Positions 1 through 12,431 of a DNA stretch of 64,000 bases are shown here, piece after piece (position 1 is the stretch's first letter; each line of letters starts with the position of its first letter). Location: contig JBMFSQ010000015.1 in NCBI GenBank assembly GCA_049967475.1, positions 1 to 64,000 on the forward strand. Direction: 5' to 3'. The notes beneath the pieces were generated by a model. That model had not been told where the DNA came from, did not search any database, and saw nothing but the letters and a program-made list of their open reading frames with translations. This stretch comes from Chthonomonadales bacterium. GTDB lineage: Bacteria; Armatimonadota; Chthonomonadetes; Chthonomonadales; CAJBBX01. The position numbers and the translations under genes are program-made.

Positions 1-57
1 GTGCGCGAGGGCGGCCATACCGTGGGAGCAGGCGTGGTGAGCAAAATCATCGAGTGA
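1..57 (+). CDS. tuf: Elongation factor Tu, 3' end (partial)
   Basis: Frame 1 reads [18 protein letters not shown], the EF-Tu C-terminus, directly upstream of rpsJ. Confidence 0.93.
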   Translation: MREGGHTVGAGVVSKIIE

Positions 58-134
58 CCGCCGGGGCCGGCCAGGCACCAGGCCGCAGAAGCATCAGCCG
101 GCCCGCCGTTTGGTGCGGGCAAGGGGAGGACACG

Positions 135-452
135 ATGGCAGCAACCAGACGCAACAAAGTGCGCATCCGCCTGAGGGCATTCGATCACCGGATCCTGGAC
201 CAATCGGTGCAGAAGATCGTCAACACTGCGCGGGACACAGGCGCCAGGATCTCGGGACCCGTTCTCCTTCCCACAGAGAAGAACATCTTCTGCGTAAACC
301 GGGGCACCACGATAGACAAGGAGTCCATGGAGCACTTTGAGATGCGTACCCACAAGCGCCTCATAGACATCCTGGAACCGGGTCCCAAGACCATTGATGC
401 CCTGATGCGGCTGGATCTTCCCAGCGGGGTGGACATCGAGATCAAACTCTAG
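135..452 (+). CDS. rpsJ: 30S ribosomal protein S10
   Basis: [15 protein letters not shown]...[22 protein letters not shown] before ATG 135. Confidence 0.98.
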   Translation: MAATRRNKVRIRLRAFDHRILDQSVQKIVNTARDTGARISGPVLLPTEKNIFCVNRGTTIDKESMEHFEMRTHKRLIDILEPGPKTIDALMRLDLPSGVDIEIKL

Positions 453-499
453 GGTAGGTGCGCGCCCTGAAGGGTTGAGGAAGCGGCAAGGAGACGACG

Positions 500-1141
500 G
501 TGGTAGACACGATACTGGGCAAAAAGATCGGCATGACCCAGCTCTTCAACGAAGACGGCTCGGTGACCCCTGTGTCCGTAATAGAGGCGGGCCCGTGTAC
601 CGTGGTGCAGGTGAAGACGCCTGAGAAGCACGGCTACAGCGCTGTACAGGTGGGCTTTGGGGATATCGCGGTGCATCGTGTAAACAAGCCGATGTTGGGG
701 CATTTCAGGGGCGGCCTAAAGAACTCCAGGCACGGCAGCATCGCCCCGAAGAAGGTCCTACGTGAAATACGCGTGGAGGATGCCGGCGACCTTCAGGTGG
801 GCCAAACCATTTGTGCCGCCGACGTATTTGCTCCGGGCGATTTGGTGAAGGTAACGGGGGTGTCCAAGGGCAAGGGTTTTGCCGGGGTTGTTAAGAGGTA
901 CCACTGGCACGGGGCCGATATGACGCACGGCTCCATGATCCACCGCAAACCTCAGTCCAGCGGCGCCACGGATGCAGCGCGCACATTCAAAGGAACAGGG
1001 AAGCCGGGGCGTATGGGAGCCCGGCAGGTGACGGTGCGTGGTTTGACGGTGGTGCGCGTGGACGGGGAGCGGCACCTGCTGCTGGTGAGGGGCGCAGTTC
1101 CCGGAGCGAATGGCGGTTTGGTTACCATCAGCAAGATTTAG
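500..1141 (+). CDS. rplC: 50S ribosomal protein L3
   Basis: ILGKKIGMTQLF, GVSKGKGFAGVVKR; operon position. Confidence 0.98.
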   Translation: MVDTILGKKIGMTQLFNEDGSVTPVSVIEAGPCTVVQVKTPEKHGYSAVQVGFGDIAVHRVNKPMLGHFRGGLKNSRHGSIAPKKVLREIRVEDAGDLQVGQTICAADVFAPGDLVKVTGVSKGKGFAGVVKRYHWHGADMTHGSMIHRKPQSSGATDAARTFKGTGKPGRMGARQVTVRGLTVVRVDGERHLLLVRGAVPGANGGLVTISKI

Positions 1142-1153
1142 GAGGCGGCGGAT

Positions 1154-1843
1154 ATGGTGGAGATACCACTCTACAACATGGACGGGCAGGAAGTGGGCAG
1201 CCTGCCGCTTCCGGAAGGCGTGTTCGGGGTAGAGCCGAATGTGGCGCTGATGCATCAGGCCGTCCGTACCGAAGAGGCCAATCGGCGCCAGGGCACTGCG
1301 GACACGCGCACCCGCGGCGAGGTGAGCGGAGGGGGCCGCAAGCCGTGGCGGCAGAAGGGAACCGGCCGCGCGCGCCAAGGGAGTACGCGGGCCCCTCATT
1401 GGAGGCACGGGGGCATCGTGTTTGGGCCGCATCCTCGTTCGTATGCGCTGGATCTTCCCAAAGAGATGCGCCGGGGAGCACTTCGCAGCGCTCTCTCGGC
1501 CAAGGTGGCCGACGGCGAGGTGATCGGCATCGAGGAGATCACCCTGGCCCAGCCAAAGACACGGGAAGCATATTCCCTTCTAAAACGGCTGCCGCTGAGC
1601 CGCGAGGTGGCTACTCGGAACCGGGTTGGCAACGAAGTGCATACCGGCATACGCACGGAGCTGGGCAAGGTTCTCATCATCACGCCGGATTATGATCCCA
1701 TCCTGCTGCGCTCCTGCCGCAACCTGCCGAATGTAACGCTGCGCTATGCCCCCAACTTTTCCGTGCGCGACGTGCTGGCAGCCGAGCGTGTGGTGCTTGC
1801 GAAGGGGGCTGTGTCCAAGATCGAGGAGGTGCTCTCCAAATGA
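1154..1843 (+). CDS. rplD: 50S ribosomal protein L4
   Basis: [24 protein letters not shown] motif. Confidence 0.98.
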   Translation: MVEIPLYNMDGQEVGSLPLPEGVFGVEPNVALMHQAVRTEEANRRQGTADTRTRGEVSGGGRKPWRQKGTGRARQGSTRAPHWRHGGIVFGPHPRSYALDLPKEMRRGALRSALSAKVADGEVIGIEEITLAQPKTREAYSLLKRLPLSREVATRNRVGNEVHTGIRTELGKVLIITPDYDPILLRSCRNLPNVTLRYAPNFSVRDVLAAERVVLAKGAVSKIEEVLSK

Positions 1844-2130
1844 AAGACCCTTATCAGATCATCGAGCGCCCCCTGCTCACCGAGAAGAGCATGGATCTGA
1901 GCCATGTGGGCAAATACACGTTCCGCGTGGCTCTCGACGCCAACAAGATCGAGATCGCCGATGCTGTTGAGCGCATCTTCAAGGTAAATGTGGTGAAGGT
2001 GAACACCATGCGCGTGCGCGGCAAGAAGCGCCGCGTAGGCCGTTACCCGGAAGGGAACACCGGGGATTGGAAGAAGGCCATCGTGACGCTGAAGCCTGGC
2101 CAATCTATAACGCTTTTTGAAGGACTATAG
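1840..2130 (+). CDS. rplW: 50S ribosomal protein L23
   Basis: [10 protein letters not shown]...[11 protein letters not shown]...WKKAIVTL. Confidence 0.98.
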   Translation: MKDPYQIIERPLLTEKSMDLSHVGKYTFRVALDANKIEIADAVERIFKVNVVKVNTMRVRGKKRRVGRYPEGNTGDWKKAIVTLKPGQSITLFEGL

Positions 2131-2198
2131 CGCAGCCGCCCTGCTGCTGGAGCGGGCACACGCGTTGAAGCCGACAGCTTCCCCGTTGGGAGAGAACC

Positions 2199-3032
2199 AT
2201 GCCACTGAGACAATACAAGCCCACCACATCGAGCCGGCGGTTTCGCACCGTGTCTACCTTCGAGGAGATCACGGCGGTAAAGCCCGAGAAGTCGCTGCTG
2301 GAGCCTCTCAAGAAGAGCGGTGGACGCAACAACGAAGGAAAAGTCACTGCCCGCTTTCGCGGCGGCGGAAACAAGCGCCAATACCGGGTGATAGATTTCA
2401 AGCGGGACAAGTACGATGTTCCCGGCAAAGTGGCCACCATCGAGTACGATCCCAACCGGTCGGCCCGCATCGCCCTTGTTCACTATCGTGATGGCGAGAA
2501 GCGCTATATCCTGGCGCCCGTGGGCCTCAAGGTTGGCGACACGGTGATCTCCAGTGACACGGCAGATATCAAGCCGGGGAACTGCTTGCCGCTTAGGGCG
2601 ATACCCGTGGGTACGGTGATCCACAACCTCGAAATGACGCTGGGGAAAGGCGGGCAGCTCGTTCGCAGTGCCGGTGCGGGAGCCCAGCTCATGGCAAAAG
2701 AGGGGAAGTATGCATTGGTGCGCTTGCCCTCCAGCGAGGTGAGGCGGGTGCTCATCGAGTGCCGAGCTACCATCGGCCAAGTGGGCAATGTGGACCATGA
2801 GAATGAGGCGTGGGGGAAGGCCGGTAAGACGCGTTGGCTCGGCAAGAGGCCCCACGTACGCGGAGTAGCCATGACGCCTCGGGACCACCCCCATGGCGGC
2901 GGGGAGGGCAAGTCGCCGGTTGGCCGCAAGAAGGGCCCTGCAACGCCTTGGGGCAAGCCGGCCCTCGGGTACAAAACCCGGCGGAACAAGGCCACAGCGA
3001 AGTATATCGTGCGCAGGCGCGGAGCCAAGTAG
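2199..3032 (+). CDS. rplB: 50S ribosomal protein L2
   Basis: [30 protein letters not shown]. Confidence 0.99.
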   Translation: MPLRQYKPTTSSRRFRTVSTFEEITAVKPEKSLLEPLKKSGGRNNEGKVTARFRGGGNKRQYRVIDFKRDKYDVPGKVATIEYDPNRSARIALVHYRDGEKRYILAPVGLKVGDTVISSDTADIKPGNCLPLRAIPVGTVIHNLEMTLGKGGQLVRSAGAGAQLMAKEGKYALVRLPSSEVRRVLIECRATIGQVGNVDHENEAWGKAGKTRWLGKRPHVRGVAMTPRDHPHGGGEGKSPVGRKKGPATPWGKPALGYKTRRNKATAKYIVRRRGAK

Positions 3033-3067
3033 GCGGCGGGAAACACGTTTGCCATGCGGAGGGACAT

Positions 3068-3355
3068 ATGGGTCGTTCTCTGAAGAAAGGGCCGTACGCA
3101 GATCCCAAGCTGATACGGAAGGTTGAGCAGATGAACGCGCGAGGTGAGAAGCGCGCCATCAAGACGTGGTCCCGCAGGTCCACAATCTTCCCGCTCTTCA
3201 TTGGGCATACGTTTATGGTGCATGACGGCCGTAAGCACATCCCGGTGTTTATCACCGAGAACATGGTGGGTCACAAGCTGGGCGAATTCGCTGTGACGCG
3301 CCTCTTCCGCGGGCATGCCGGGCAACAGGTAGAGCGGAGAACGCACATCCGCTGA
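3068..3355 (+). CDS. rpsS: 30S ribosomal protein S19
   Basis: MGRSLKKGP...[10 protein letters not shown]...MVGHKLGEF; start trimmed to ATG 3068. Confidence 0.98.
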   Translation: MGRSLKKGPYADPKLIRKVEQMNARGEKRAIKTWSRRSTIFPLFIGHTFMVHDGRKHIPVFITENMVGHKLGEFAVTRLFRGHAGQQVERRTHIR

Positions 3356-3396
3356 CCCCGGGACGCATTCAAACACCCGCACACTCGGAGAAGGAT

Positions 3397-3963
3397 ATGG
3401 GAAAACCTGCATCACCGCCAAAATACCGCCCGAACCAGGCCGGCGCCACAGCGAAGTACGTTAGAGTGCCGCCCCGCAAGGCCAGGCTGGTCATCAATGC
3501 CATCCGCGGCAAGTACGTGTCCGAAGCCTTGGCGCTGTTGAAGTTCGTGCCGAACTTTGCGGCCCGCGCCATAGAGCAGGTACTGCGCTCTGCAATGGCT
3601 AACGCGGAAAACGGGAGGCCTGTGTCGGAAGACACCAATAAGCCCCTCCCGCCGCTGAATGTGGAGAACCTGAAGGTGGTGCGGGCATTCGTGAACGAGG
3701 GGCCGCGCATCAAGCGCCTGCAACCGAGGGCTCAGGGAAGGGCCTATCGCATCTTGAAGCGCATGTGCCACATCAGCGTGGTGTTGGAAGAGGCGCCGCC
3801 CAAACCTCGACCGGCTCGCAGGGTTGCCGGTCGTGGACGTGCTGCCGGCGGGAGAACCGCGCCAGCGGGCATAGCGGCTGCCAAGGCGGAGGCGGCAGCT
3901 TCGCCCAAGCCGGCCGCGGATGCCGCTGCGACTGCAGAGACCGCACACACCGCGGAGGAATAG
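3397..3963 (+). CDS. rplV: 50S ribosomal protein L22 with extensions
   Basis: [32 protein letters not shown]; Ala-rich C-terminal tail. Confidence 0.96.
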   Translation: MGKPASPPKYRPNQAGATAKYVRVPPRKARLVINAIRGKYVSEALALLKFVPNFAARAIEQVLRSAMANAENGRPVSEDTNKPLPPLNVENLKVVRAFVNEGPRIKRLQPRAQGRAYRILKRMCHISVVLEEAPPKPRPARRVAGRGRAAGGRTAPAGIAAAKAEAAASPKPAADAAATAETAHTAEE

Positions 3964-3973
3964 GGGGAGTACG

Positions 3974-4753
3974 GTGGGACAAAAGGTACATCCAATCGGC
4001 TTTCGCGTGGGGGTGATCCGGGATTGGGATTCCCGATGGTTCCTGGACAAGGGCTACGCTGATGCCGTGTATGAAGACTACAGGATACGGCGCTTTGTGA
4101 AGGCGTACTCTTCGTCGCGGAACGCAGCCATATCCCGTGTAGAGATAGACCGCCCCGGCGGGAAGCTGAGGGTAACCATCCATACTGCGCGCCCGGGCAT
4201 TGTGATAGGGAAGAAGGGCGAGGATGTGGAGGTTCTTCGCAAGGACCTGGAACGCCTGGTGGGGAAGCCGGTGCACCTTAATATCCAGGAGATCCACCAC
4301 CCGGACATAGACGCCCAGCTTGTGGCCGAGTCCATTGCGCAGCAGATCGAGAAGCGCATCGCTTACAAGCGGGCTATGCGGCAAGCCATCATGCGCGCCA
4401 TGAAGCTCGGCGTCAAAGGGATCCGCGTAATGTGTTCGGGGCGCCTGGCCGGCGCTGAGATGGCTCGGCGCGAGCACCAGCGCGACGGCAAGATCCCGCT
4501 GCATACTCTGCGGGCAGATATTGATTACGGGTTTGCTGAAGGAAAGACCACCTACGGCAATATCGGCGTGAAGGTGTGGATCTACAAAGGCGATGTTCTT
4601 CCGGGAGGCACGCGCCCCACGGAGACGGAGATCGTGCCTGCGAGGGTGGCCGGATATGCAGAACGCCGGGAGCGCGCGGCGGGAGGCGCCTCCGGCAGAC
4701 GATCGAGCCGTACGGGAACGCGCGGGCGTGGCCGACGGACTGAAGGAGGATAA
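3974..4753 (+). CDS. rpsC: 30S ribosomal protein S3
   Basis: GTG start, [15 protein letters not shown] motif [23 protein letters not shown]. Confidence 0.98.
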   Translation: MGQKVHPIGFRVGVIRDWDSRWFLDKGYADAVYEDYRIRRFVKAYSSSRNAAISRVEIDRPGGKLRVTIHTARPGIVIGKKGEDVEVLRKDLERLVGKPVHLNIQEIHHPDIDAQLVAESIAQQIEKRIAYKRAMRQAIMRAMKLGVKGIRVMCSGRLAGAEMARREHQRDGKIPLHTLRADIDYGFAEGKTTYGNIGVKVWIYKGDVLPGGTRPTETEIVPARVAGYAERRERAAGGASGRRSSRTGTRGRGRRTEGG

Positions 4754-4758
4754 CCGAT

Positions 4759-5241
4759 ATGCTGATGCCCAAGAGGGTCAAGTACCGCAAGCAGCACCGC
4801 GGTCGCCGGAAGGGGAAGGCGTCGGGCGGCACCAACTTGGATTTCGGCGATTACGGCCTCCAGGCGCTGGAACCCTGCTGGATGACTGCCAACCAGATCG
4901 AGGCAGCTCGTATCGCCATGACACGGCATGTGAAGCGCGGCGGCAAGGTATGGATCCGCATCTTTCCGGACAAGCCGTATACCAAGAAGCCTGCGGAGAC
5001 GCGCATGGGTTCGGGGAAAGGAGCTCCGGAGGGTTGGGTGGCCGTTGTGAAACCGGGTCGAATGCTCTTCGAGATGGCGGGAGTGAGCGAAGAAATGGCC
5101 CGGGAAGCCATGCGTCTGGCCTCACACAAGCTGCCCATCGCCACACGCTTCGTGGTACGCGAGAAGCCTGCTGCTGAAGAGGAGGAGGCGGCCGGCCCGG
5201 AGCCTTCTGCCTCGTCTGCAACGGAGGGTGCCAATGGCTGA
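4759..5241 (+). CDS. rplP: 50S ribosomal protein L16
   Basis: [27 protein letters not shown]. Confidence 0.98.
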   Translation: MLMPKRVKYRKQHRGRRKGKASGGTNLDFGDYGLQALEPCWMTANQIEAARIAMTRHVKRGGKVWIRIFPDKPYTKKPAETRMGSGKGAPEGWVAVVKPGRMLFEMAGVSEEMAREAMRLASHKLPIATRFVVREKPAAEEEEAAGPEPSASSATEGANG

Positions 5242-5458
5242 AGAGAAGCTGCGGGAGACGCGTGAGAAGCTGCGGAACATGACAGACCAGGAACTGGCCG
5301 ACGAACTGGCGCGGCAGCGCTTCCTGTTGTTTGACTTGCGCCGCCAGAACACAAGCCGGCAGCTAGAGAATACTGCCGCGATACCGCGGGTGAAGAAGCA
5401 AATTGCGCGCATCCTCACGATACAACGGGAGCGCGAGTTGGCCCAGGAGCGGAGATAG
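5234..5458 (+). CDS. rpmC: 50S ribosomal protein L29
   Basis: LRNMTDQEL...[20 protein letters not shown]; operon position. Confidence 0.95.
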   Translation: MAEEKLRETREKLRNMTDQELADELARQRFLLFDLRRQNTSRQLENTAAIPRVKKQIARILTIQRERELAQERR

Positions 5459-5462
5459 AAGG

Positions 5463-5807
5463 ATGCCGCGAACAAAGAAGAACGAAGACACACCAAAGGA
5501 AGACGCGCCGCTCGTTGAAGAGGCACAGAGGGCCTCATCGGGAGGCGGTGTTGGGGCCCGGGGCCGGCGCAAAGTGCGCGTGGGTAAGGTCGTAAGCGAC
5601 AAGATGGACAAGACCGTGGTGGTGGCCATCGAGAGCATGGTGCGCCATCCCCTCTACGGCAAAATTATGCGGCGCACCACGCGCTTCAAGGCCCACGACC
5701 CGAACAATGACTGCGGCGTTGGGGACACTGTGGAGATTATGGAGACACGCCCTATCTCGAAGGAAAAGCGCTGGCGCGTGTCACGCATCCTGGAGCGGGC
5801 TAAGTAA
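5463..5807 (+). CDS. rpsQ: 30S ribosomal protein S17 with N-terminal extension
   Basis: [31 protein letters not shown]. Confidence 0.97.
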   Translation: MPRTKKNEDTPKEDAPLVEEAQRASSGGGVGARGRRKVRVGKVVSDKMDKTVVVAIESMVRHPLYGKIMRRTTRFKAHDPNNDCGVGDTVEIMETRPISKEKRWRVSRILERAK

Positions 5808-5887
5808 GAGCACCCGAGTGTGCCCGAACCGGAAGGCGGCGGCAGCAGGGTGCGTGCGCTCCGGTGGATTAGGATTGGGAGATTGCC

Positions 5888-6256
5888 ATGATACAGCCGT
5901 ATACACGTTTACGTGCGGCCGATAACAGCGGAGCCCGTGAGATCATGTGCATCCGCGTGCTGAAGGGATCCAACAGCCTGGATGCGCGCGTAGGGGATGT
6001 GATCGTGGGCGTCGTGAAGTCGGCTACTCCGGGTCAACAGGTGAAGAAGAGCGACGTGGTCAAGTGCGTGGTTGTGCGCACCAAGCAGCCTATTCGCCGC
6101 CCCGATGGATCCGTGCTTCGGTTTGATGAGAATGCTGCAGTGGTCATCAACAACGCCATGGAGCCGCGCGGCACCCGAGTGTTTGGCCCCGTAGCGCGCG
6201 AATTGCGGGACCGCAACTTCATGCGCATCATCTCGCTGGCGCCGGAGGTGCTGTAG
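5888..6256 (+). CDS. rplN: 50S ribosomal protein L14
   Basis: [31 protein letters not shown]. Confidence 0.99.
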   Translation: MIQPYTRLRAADNSGAREIMCIRVLKGSNSLDARVGDVIVGVVKSATPGQQVKKSDVVKCVVVRTKQPIRRPDGSVLRFDENAAVVINNAMEPRGTRVFGPVARELRDRNFMRIISLAPEVL

Positions 6257-6658
6257 ATGGCAGGCAAAGCGAAACCCGCAGAGTACCCCGTAAAACTTCG
6301 CATCCGCAAGGGTGACGAGGTGAAGGTGATTGCCGGGAAGGATAAGGGCAAGGTAGGGCGCATCCTTCGGGCCTTCCCCAGCAAGAACAAGGTGTTGGTG
6401 GAGGGGCTGAATATAGTGGTGCGGCACCAGAAAGCGCGGCAGACGGGTCGCGCCGGAAGAAGCGGCGTGCAAGAGATACAGGAAGGCGGGCGCATCGAGA
6501 AGCCGGCGCCGTTGCACGCATCCAAGGTGATGCTGGTTTGCCCGCAGTGTCATCGGCCTACCCGCGTAGGGTACGCCTACCTCGAGGGTGAGGGTAAACT
6601 GGCTCGGCGCAAATACCGCGTGTGCAAACACCCCGATTGCGGCAAGCGCATAGATTAG
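6257..6658 (+). CDS. rplX: 50S ribosomal protein L24
   Basis: KOW motif [19 protein letters not shown]. Confidence 0.97.
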   Translation: MAGKAKPAEYPVKLRIRKGDEVKVIAGKDKGKVGRILRAFPSKNKVLVEGLNIVVRHQKARQTGRAGRSGVQEIQEGGRIEKPAPLHASKVMLVCPQCHRPTRVGYAYLEGEGKLARRKYRVCKHPDCGKRID

Positions 6659-6672
6659 CTGGGAGGTTCGGA

Positions 6673-7224
6673 ATGCCTCGTCTTAAGGATCTGTACAAGG
6701 AGCGCGTGGCGCCGGAATTGGCCAAGCAGTTCAACTACGCCAATGTAATGCAGATACCCAAGCTGGAGAAGATCGTCGTCAATATGGGCGTCGGGCAAGC
6801 CGGTCAAACCGGCGGCGATCCCAAATTGCTGGACAACGCCATGCGCGACTTGGCCACCATCACCGGGCAAAAGCCTGCCGTAACGCGCTGCCGCAAGTCC
6901 ATCTCCAATTTTAAGGTGAGAGCCGGCGCTCGCGTAGGCTGCCGGGTTACGCTTCGCGGCGCCATGATGTACGAGTTCCTGGATCGCCTCGTGTCTACCG
7001 CGCTCCCCCGCGTGCGGGATTTCCAGGGCATCAACCCCAAGTCTTTTGATGGCCGCGGCAACTTTGCCATGGGTGTGCGGGAGCAGCTCATCTTCCCGGA
7101 AGTGGATTACGACAAGATAGACAAGGTTCGCGGCATGGACATCATCATCTGCACCACGGCCAAGACGGACGAGGAGGCCAGGGCTTTGCTCAAGGGTCTG
7201 GGGATGCCCTTCCGGGAGAAGTAG
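6673..7224 (+). CDS. rplE: 50S ribosomal protein L5
   Basis: [29 protein letters not shown] before ATG 6673. Confidence 0.98.
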   Translation: MPRLKDLYKERVAPELAKQFNYANVMQIPKLEKIVVNMGVGQAGQTGGDPKLLDNAMRDLATITGQKPAVTRCRKSISNFKVRAGARVGCRVTLRGAMMYEFLDRLVSTALPRVRDFQGINPKSFDGRGNFAMGVREQLIFPEVDYDKIDKVRGMDIIICTTAKTDEEARALLKGLGMPFREK

Positions 7225-7264
7225 CGCACGGAAGCTGCAAACACCACTGCAGAGAGAACGTTGA

Positions 7265-9343
7265 ATGAACAAGTACGCGATCGGCGCAATCCGTAATATC
7301 GGGCTCTTTGGACACCAGGGGTCTGGCAAGACTTCACTGGCGGAGGCCATGCTCTATACGTGCGGCGCCATAGACCGGATGGGCCGCACCGACGACGGCA
7401 CGGCTACCACGGACTTCGACCCCGAGGAAATCCGCCGGCACATCAGCGTGAACGTGGGACTGGCGCCCTGTGAATGGAAGGGTGTAAAGATCAATGTGGT
7501 GGATGTGCCGGGCTATCTGGATTTTCAGGGGGAGATCCGCAGCACCTTGCGCGTGGTGGAGGCAGCGGTGTTGGTTACCCCGGCCCAGTCGGACGTGGAA
7601 GTGGGCTTCGAGGTGGCATGGGACCTGGCAGTGGAGCACCACCGGCCCCGCGCGGTGTTTGTCAATAAGATGGATCGGGAGAATGCCGATTACTTCGCGG
7701 TTGTGGAGCGCCTTCGCGAACGGTATGGCACTGTCATCGCCCCGGTACAGATCCCCATCGGGCAGGCTGAAGGCTTTGCGGGCATTGTAGACCTTGTTCA
7801 CATGAAGGGCTATACCGGTGAAGGGCGGGAGCTCCGTGAGGTGCCGATCCCTGAGGATCTGCGGGCCACTGCGGAGAAGTTCCGCGGTATGCTGGTGGAA
7901 TCTGCGGCTGAGGGCGACGATGCGCTGCTGGAGAAGTACTTCGAAACGGAGACGCTCACGGACGAGGAGGTGGTGAAGGGCCTCCACGCTGGGGTTGACG
8001 CCGGGCGGGTAGTTCCCGTGATGTGCGGCAGCGCCCTCAGGAACATGGGGGCAGCCTCCCTCATGAACCTGGTTGCCGAAGCGTTTCCCAACCCTGCCGA
8101 GATGGGCGAGATCCACGGCAAGACGCCCGACGGCCAGCCGGCCTCGCGGAAGCCCTCGGATGCTGAGCCCTTCTGTGCTCTGGTATTCAAGACACTCGCC
8201 GATCCCTTTGTAGGGCAGCTCACTTACTTTCGAGTTTTCTCTGGGTCCATTCGATCAGACAGCCACGTTTGGAACTCGGTGAGCGGCAAGGATGAGCGCG
8301 TGGGCCAGCTTTATATGGTGCGCGGTAAGACGCAGGAAGCCGTTGCAGAGATCGGCTCGGGGGACATCGGCGCCGTGGCAAAGCTCGCGAATACGCACAC
8401 GGGCGACACGCTGTGCGATCCCGCCAAACAGATTATTCTCGACCCCATTGCTTTTCCCAAGCCCATCTACGAGATTGCAATCGTTCCGAAAACGAAGGTA
8501 GATGAGGACAAGCTCGGTCCCGCGCTCCAACGGCTGGCTGCCGAGGATCCTGCCTTCTCCTTCCGCCGGGATCAAGACACGGGGCAGACCGTCATGAGCG
8601 GCATGGGCGAAACCCACTTGAACATCGCCGTAGAGAAGCTCAAGAAATTCGGCGCCAACGTGGATGTCGTACCGCTCAAGGTGCCCTATCGTGAGACCAT
8701 CACCTCGGTTGCCGAAGGGCAGGGCAAACACAAGAAGCAGACCGGTGGCCGTGGCCAGTACGGCGATTGCTGGATCAGGCTCGAGCCCCTGCCCCGTGGT
8801 GGCGGCTTCGAGTTTGTTGACGCCATCGTGGGCGGTGTAATCCCCAGGCAGTACATTCCAGCGGTGGAGAAGGGCGTTCTGGAAGGGATGGCCACGGGCA
8901 TCATCGCAGGGAACCCGGTGGTGGATGTGAAGTGTACTGTTTACGATGGATCCTACCATGAGGTCGACTCTTCGGAGCAGGCGTTCAAGATGGCCGGGAT
9001 CCTGGCTTTCAACAACGTGGCCGCCAAGGCAAACCCGGTCATCTTGGAGCCCATGCTCACCGTGTCCGTAACGGTACCCGAAGCCATGATGGGAGACGTG
9101 ATGAGCGATCTCTCCGGGAAGCGGGGGCGCATCATCGGGACGGAACCCATCGGCGGCGGGAGAACGGTAGTCCGGGCCATTGTGCCCCAGGCGGAGATGC
9201 TTCGGTACGCCATAGACCTGCGCTCCATTACACGCGGGCGCGGCACCTTCGAGGTGGAGCCCTCCCATTATGAAGAGGTGCCGCCGCACATTGCCCAGCA
9301 GATCATTGCTGCCTATCAGAAGCAGCGTGAAGAGGGGCATTAG
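7265..9343 (+). CDS. fusA2: Elongation factor G paralog (EF-G2-type)
   Basis: 692 aa with EF-G domain layout; G1 GHQGSGKT, divergent G2 RHISV (canonical RGITI), [30 protein letters not shown]. Confidence 0.9.
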   Translation: MNKYAIGAIRNIGLFGHQGSGKTSLAEAMLYTCGAIDRMGRTDDGTATTDFDPEEIRRHISVNVGLAPCEWKGVKINVVDVPGYLDFQGEIRSTLRVVEAAVLVTPAQSDVEVGFEVAWDLAVEHHRPRAVFVNKMDRENADYFAVVERLRERYGTVIAPVQIPIGQAEGFAGIVDLVHMKGYTGEGRELREVPIPEDLRATAEKFRGMLVESAAEGDDALLEKYFETETLTDEEVVKGLHAGVDAGRVVPVMCGSALRNMGAASLMNLVAEAFPNPAEMGEIHGKTPDGQPASRKPSDAEPFCALVFKTLADPFVGQLTYFRVFSGSIRSDSHVWNSVSGKDERVGQLYMVRGKTQEAVAEIGSGDIGAVAKLANTHTGDTLCDPAKQIILDPIAFPKPIYEIAIVPKTKVDEDKLGPALQRLAAEDPAFSFRRDQDTGQTVMSGMGETHLNIAVEKLKKFGANVDVVPLKVPYRETITSVAEGQGKHKKQTGGRGQYGDCWIRLEPLPRGGGFEFVDAIVGGVIPRQYIPAVEKGVLEGMATGIIAGNPVVDVKCTVYDGSYHEVDSSEQAFKMAGILAFNNVAAKANPVILEPMLTVSVTVPEAMMGDVMSDLSGKRGRIIGTEPIGGGRTVVRAIVPQAEMLRYAIDLRSITRGRGTFEVEPSHYEEVPPHIAQQIIAAYQKQREEGH

Positions 9344-9399
9344 CACAACGACCATGTTACCGGCCGCGTCCTTACAGCGGTCCCGACAGGAGGAAGAGA

Positions 9400-9585
9400 T
9401 TGGCCAAAGTATGCTTGATTGTCAAGGCACGGCGTACGCCCAAGTTCAAGGTGCGTAAGTACACGCGGTGCAACATCTGCGGGCGGGCCAGGGGAGTGTT
9501 CCGTAAGTTCGGCCTATGCCGTATCTGCTTGCGTGAACAGGCCCACCGGGGGTTGCTTCCCGGCGTCACCAAGAGCAGTTGGTAG
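9400..9585 (+). CDS. rpsZ: 30S ribosomal protein S14, zinc-binding type Z
   Basis: 61 aa, TTG start, RCNICGR...[17 protein letters not shown]. Confidence 0.97.
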   Translation: MAKVCLIVKARRTPKFKVRKYTRCNICGRARGVFRKFGLCRICLREQAHRGLLPGVTKSSW

Positions 9586-9601
9586 CGAGGAGGCAATTCC
9601 T

Positions 9602-10003
9602 ATGGCGTACACAACGGACCCTGTGGCGGACCTGCTCACGCGCATTCGCAACGCCAACCACGCCTACCACGACGTGCTGGAGGTCGGCTCGAGCGGGCTC
9701 AAATTGGAGATTGTGAAGATCCTTCATCAGGAAGGCTTCATCAAGGGTTATGAGGTGATCGAAGATCCCAAGCAGAACCGGCTGCGCATCTTTCTGAAGT
9801 ATGGTCCCAAACGCGAGCGCGTCATTACCAATTTGAAGCGCGTGAGCAAGCCTGGGCTGCGTATTTACGTGGGCCGGGACAAACTTCCGCGTGTTTTGCG
9901 CGGATTGGGTATCGCCATACTCACTACGTCCCAGGGAGTGATGACAGACCGGGAGGCGCGCAGGCGAGGCATTGGGGGCGAAGTGCTTTGCTACGTTTGG
10001 TAG
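9602..10003 (+). CDS. rpsH: 30S ribosomal protein S8
   Basis: [33 protein letters not shown]. Confidence 0.98.
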   Translation: MAYTTDPVADLLTRIRNANHAYHDVLEVGSSGLKLEIVKILHQEGFIKGYEVIEDPKQNRLRIFLKYGPKRERVITNLKRVSKPGLRIYVGRDKLPRVLRGLGIAILTTSQGVMTDREARRRGIGGEVLCYVW

Positions 10004-10084
10004 GAGCGCCGCTCAGCCGGTGGAGCAGATGCGGAAGCCGGGAGTGCGCTCCTTTGCCGGCGCCTGCAGTGTAAGGAGAAGAGA

Positions 10085-10660
10085 ATGTCGCGCATCGGGA
10101 AACAACCGATACCGCTTCCCAGTGGTGTGGAAGTGTCTATCCAGCCGGGTTTGGTGACGGTGAAGGGGCCGAAGGGTACCCTGACCAAGCCCGTGCCCGA
10201 GGCAATGGTTATCCGCCAGGTGGATTCCACGCTGGTGGTGGAGCGGCCTTCGGACAGCAAGGAACACCGCTCGCTTCATGGCCTCACGCGCACACTCGTG
10301 GCGAACATGGTGGAGGGTGTCACAAAGGGGTACTCCCGGACACTGGAGGTACACGGGGTAGGCTACCGGGCTGCCATGTCCGGAAAGAACCTCACATTGG
10401 CAGTAGGTTTTTCGCACGGTATCGAGATTGCCCCGCGTCCCGGCATCGAGTTCGAGGCCGGAGTGGACACCGGTACGCGCATACCCTTCGTTGTGGTGAA
10501 GGGGATTGATAAGGAACTTGTGGGCCTGACGGCGGCGCAGATACGCAGCATCCGCGAGCCGGAGCCCTACAAAGGCAAGGGCATTCGGTACAGGGGCGAG
10601 CAGATACGGCGGAAGGCCGGCAAGAGCGGCAAGGCCGGCGGCAAGGGCGGCAAGAAGTAG
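10085..10660 (+). CDS. rplF: 50S ribosomal protein L6
   Basis: [20 protein letters not shown]. Confidence 0.98.
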   Translation: MSRIGKQPIPLPSGVEVSIQPGLVTVKGPKGTLTKPVPEAMVIRQVDSTLVVERPSDSKEHRSLHGLTRTLVANMVEGVTKGYSRTLEVHGVGYRAAMSGKNLTLAVGFSHGIEIAPRPGIEFEAGVDTGTRIPFVVVKGIDKELVGLTAAQIRSIREPEPYKGKGIRYRGEQIRRKAGKSGKAGGKGGKK

Positions 10661-10767
10661 CGGTCTTAGCCGGAACCGGCCGACGTATCGGGTATAATAA
10701 GACTTCGTGCCGCCTGTTTGGCGTGTAGGGTCGGCGGGTCGGAAATCCGCCGGCGAGGGGAAACGCT

Positions 10768-11127
10768 ATGGAGAACAAAGTACGCCTGCGCCTCAAGCGA
10801 CACCGTCGCGTACGGGCCAAGGTGCGAGGCAGCGCCGAACGCCCGCGCCTGAACGTGTTCAGGAGTTTGAAGAATATCCATGCACAGATTATAGATGACG
10901 ATGCCGGCAGGACGCTCGCTGCTGCCTCTACCGTTGAGGCTGCTTTTCGGTCCACCGGTAAGAGTGGCGGAAACGTGGAGGCGGCCCGCATGGTCGGCGC
11001 TTTGGTGGCGCAGCGAGCCAGAGAAAAGGGCATCACCCGGGTGGTGTTCGATCGGGGCGGTTACAAATATCACGGGCGGGTGAAGGCGCTGGCGGATGCC
11101 GCCCGGGCAGAGGGGCTGGAGTTCTAG
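10768..11127 (+). CDS. rplR: 50S ribosomal protein L18
   Basis: [30 protein letters not shown]. Confidence 0.98.
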   Translation: MENKVRLRLKRHRRVRAKVRGSAERPRLNVFRSLKNIHAQIIDDDAGRTLAAASTVEAAFRSTGKSGGNVEAARMVGALVAQRAREKGITRVVFDRGGYKYHGRVKALADAARAEGLEF

Positions 11128-11188
11128 ACACGGCTCGGAGGATTGCCTGAAGAGCAATTCTTATCGAATGGGCCATAGGAGAGTGTGG

Positions 11189-11737
11189 ATGCCGAGGATC
11201 AATGCGGACACGCTGAACCTGGAAGAGCGCGTGGTGAGGACCAATAAGGTGCAGAAGACCCACAAGGGCGGGCGCACCATGAGCTGGAACGTATTGGTGG
11301 TGGTAGGAGACCGCGAGGGGCACGTGGGGGCCGGTATCGGCAAAGCGCGGGCCATACCGGATGCCATCCGCAAGGCCGTTGAAGACGCGAAGCGCAACAT
11401 CATCGAAGTGCCTCGCGTGGGTACGACCATCCCCCATGAGGTTCTGTCTCATTGGGGCGCAGCCGAGGTGCTTCTTAAGCCTGCAGCTCCCGGAACGGGC
11501 ATCGTGGCGGGAAGCTCGGTGCGTACCATTCTGGAGCTGGGCGGCATCAACGACGTTCTGGGCAAATCCTTGGGATCATCCAATGCCATCAATCTTGCGT
11601 GGGCTACCATGGAGGCCCTCAAGAGCCTGAAGCGCGCCGAAGAAGTAGCGCGCCTCCGCGGCAAGGAGGTAAACGAGCTTGTTCCGTGGATGCGGCGTGT
11701 GGAAGAAGCGGCGCTTGGAGTAACCGCTGATGCCTAA
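11189..11737 (+). CDS. rpsE: 30S ribosomal protein S5
   Basis: [30 protein letters not shown]. Confidence 0.97.
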   Translation: MPRINADTLNLEERVVRTNKVQKTHKGGRTMSWNVLVVVGDREGHVGAGIGKARAIPDAIRKAVEDAKRNIIEVPRVGTTIPHEVLSHWGAAEVLLKPAAPGTGIVAGSSVRTILELGGINDVLGKSLGSSNAINLAWATMEALKSLKRAEEVARLRGKEVNELVPWMRRVEEAALGVTADA

Positions 11738-11936
11738 CCTCAAGATCACCTTGGCCCGGAGCCCCATCGGCTTTAGCGAACAGCAGAAGCGCACGGCGCG
11801 CGCCCTGGGGCTCAATCGCCTCAACCAGAGTGTCGTTCGACCGGACAATGCCGCAGTGCGCGGAATGGTGCGGCGCATCAGCCACTTGGTAACCGTGCAA
11901 CCGATTGACGGCGCCGAGAAACAGGAGGCGAACTGA
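11730..11936 (+). CDS. rpmD: 50S ribosomal protein L30
   Basis: [11 protein letters not shown]...ALGL...[12 protein letters not shown]. Confidence 0.96.
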   Translation: MPNLKITLARSPIGFSEQQKRTARALGLNRLNQSVVRPDNAAVRGMVRRISHLVTVQPIDGAEKQEAN

Positions 11937-11937
11937 G

Positions 11938-12414
11938 ATGCAGCTTCATCATTTGAAACCTGCGCCAGGATCTACGAAGCGCCGCAAAGTTGTTGGGCGA
12001 GGGCCCGGCTCGGGGCACGGCAAGACGAGCGGCCGCGGCCACAAGGGAGACAAAGCTCGGGGCAGCACAAACCCGAATTTCGAGGGCGGGCAGACGCCAC
12101 TGCACCGCAGGATCCCGCAATTGCGCGGCTTCAAACCCGTCAACAAAGCCCACTACGCCCTCGTGAACGTCGGTGCGCTGGAGCGCTTTGAGGACGGGAC
12201 CGAAGTTACGCCCGATCTGCTCTTGCAGTATGGGCTCATCCGCACCATAGGCGACGGTGTGAAGATCCTTGGGGATGGATCCATCAGCAAGAAGCTCGTA
12301 GTGAAGGCCCACAAGTTCAGCAAGACGGCTGTCGCCAAGCTCGAGGCGGCAGGCGGCACGACGCTCGCGTTGTCGGCGGCACCGTCGCCCACATCGGCTC
12401 AACAAGAGGAGTGA
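11938..12414 (+). CDS. rplO: 50S ribosomal protein L15
   Basis: [31 protein letters not shown]. Confidence 0.98.
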   Translation: MQLHHLKPAPGSTKRRKVVGRGPGSGHGKTSGRGHKGDKARGSTNPNFEGGQTPLHRRIPQLRGFKPVNKAHYALVNVGALERFEDGTEVTPDLLLQYGLIRTIGDGVKILGDGSISKKLVVKAHKFSKTAVAKLEAAGGTTLALSAAPSPTSAQQEE

Positions 12415-12431
12415 AGCCATAGGATCCGGCC

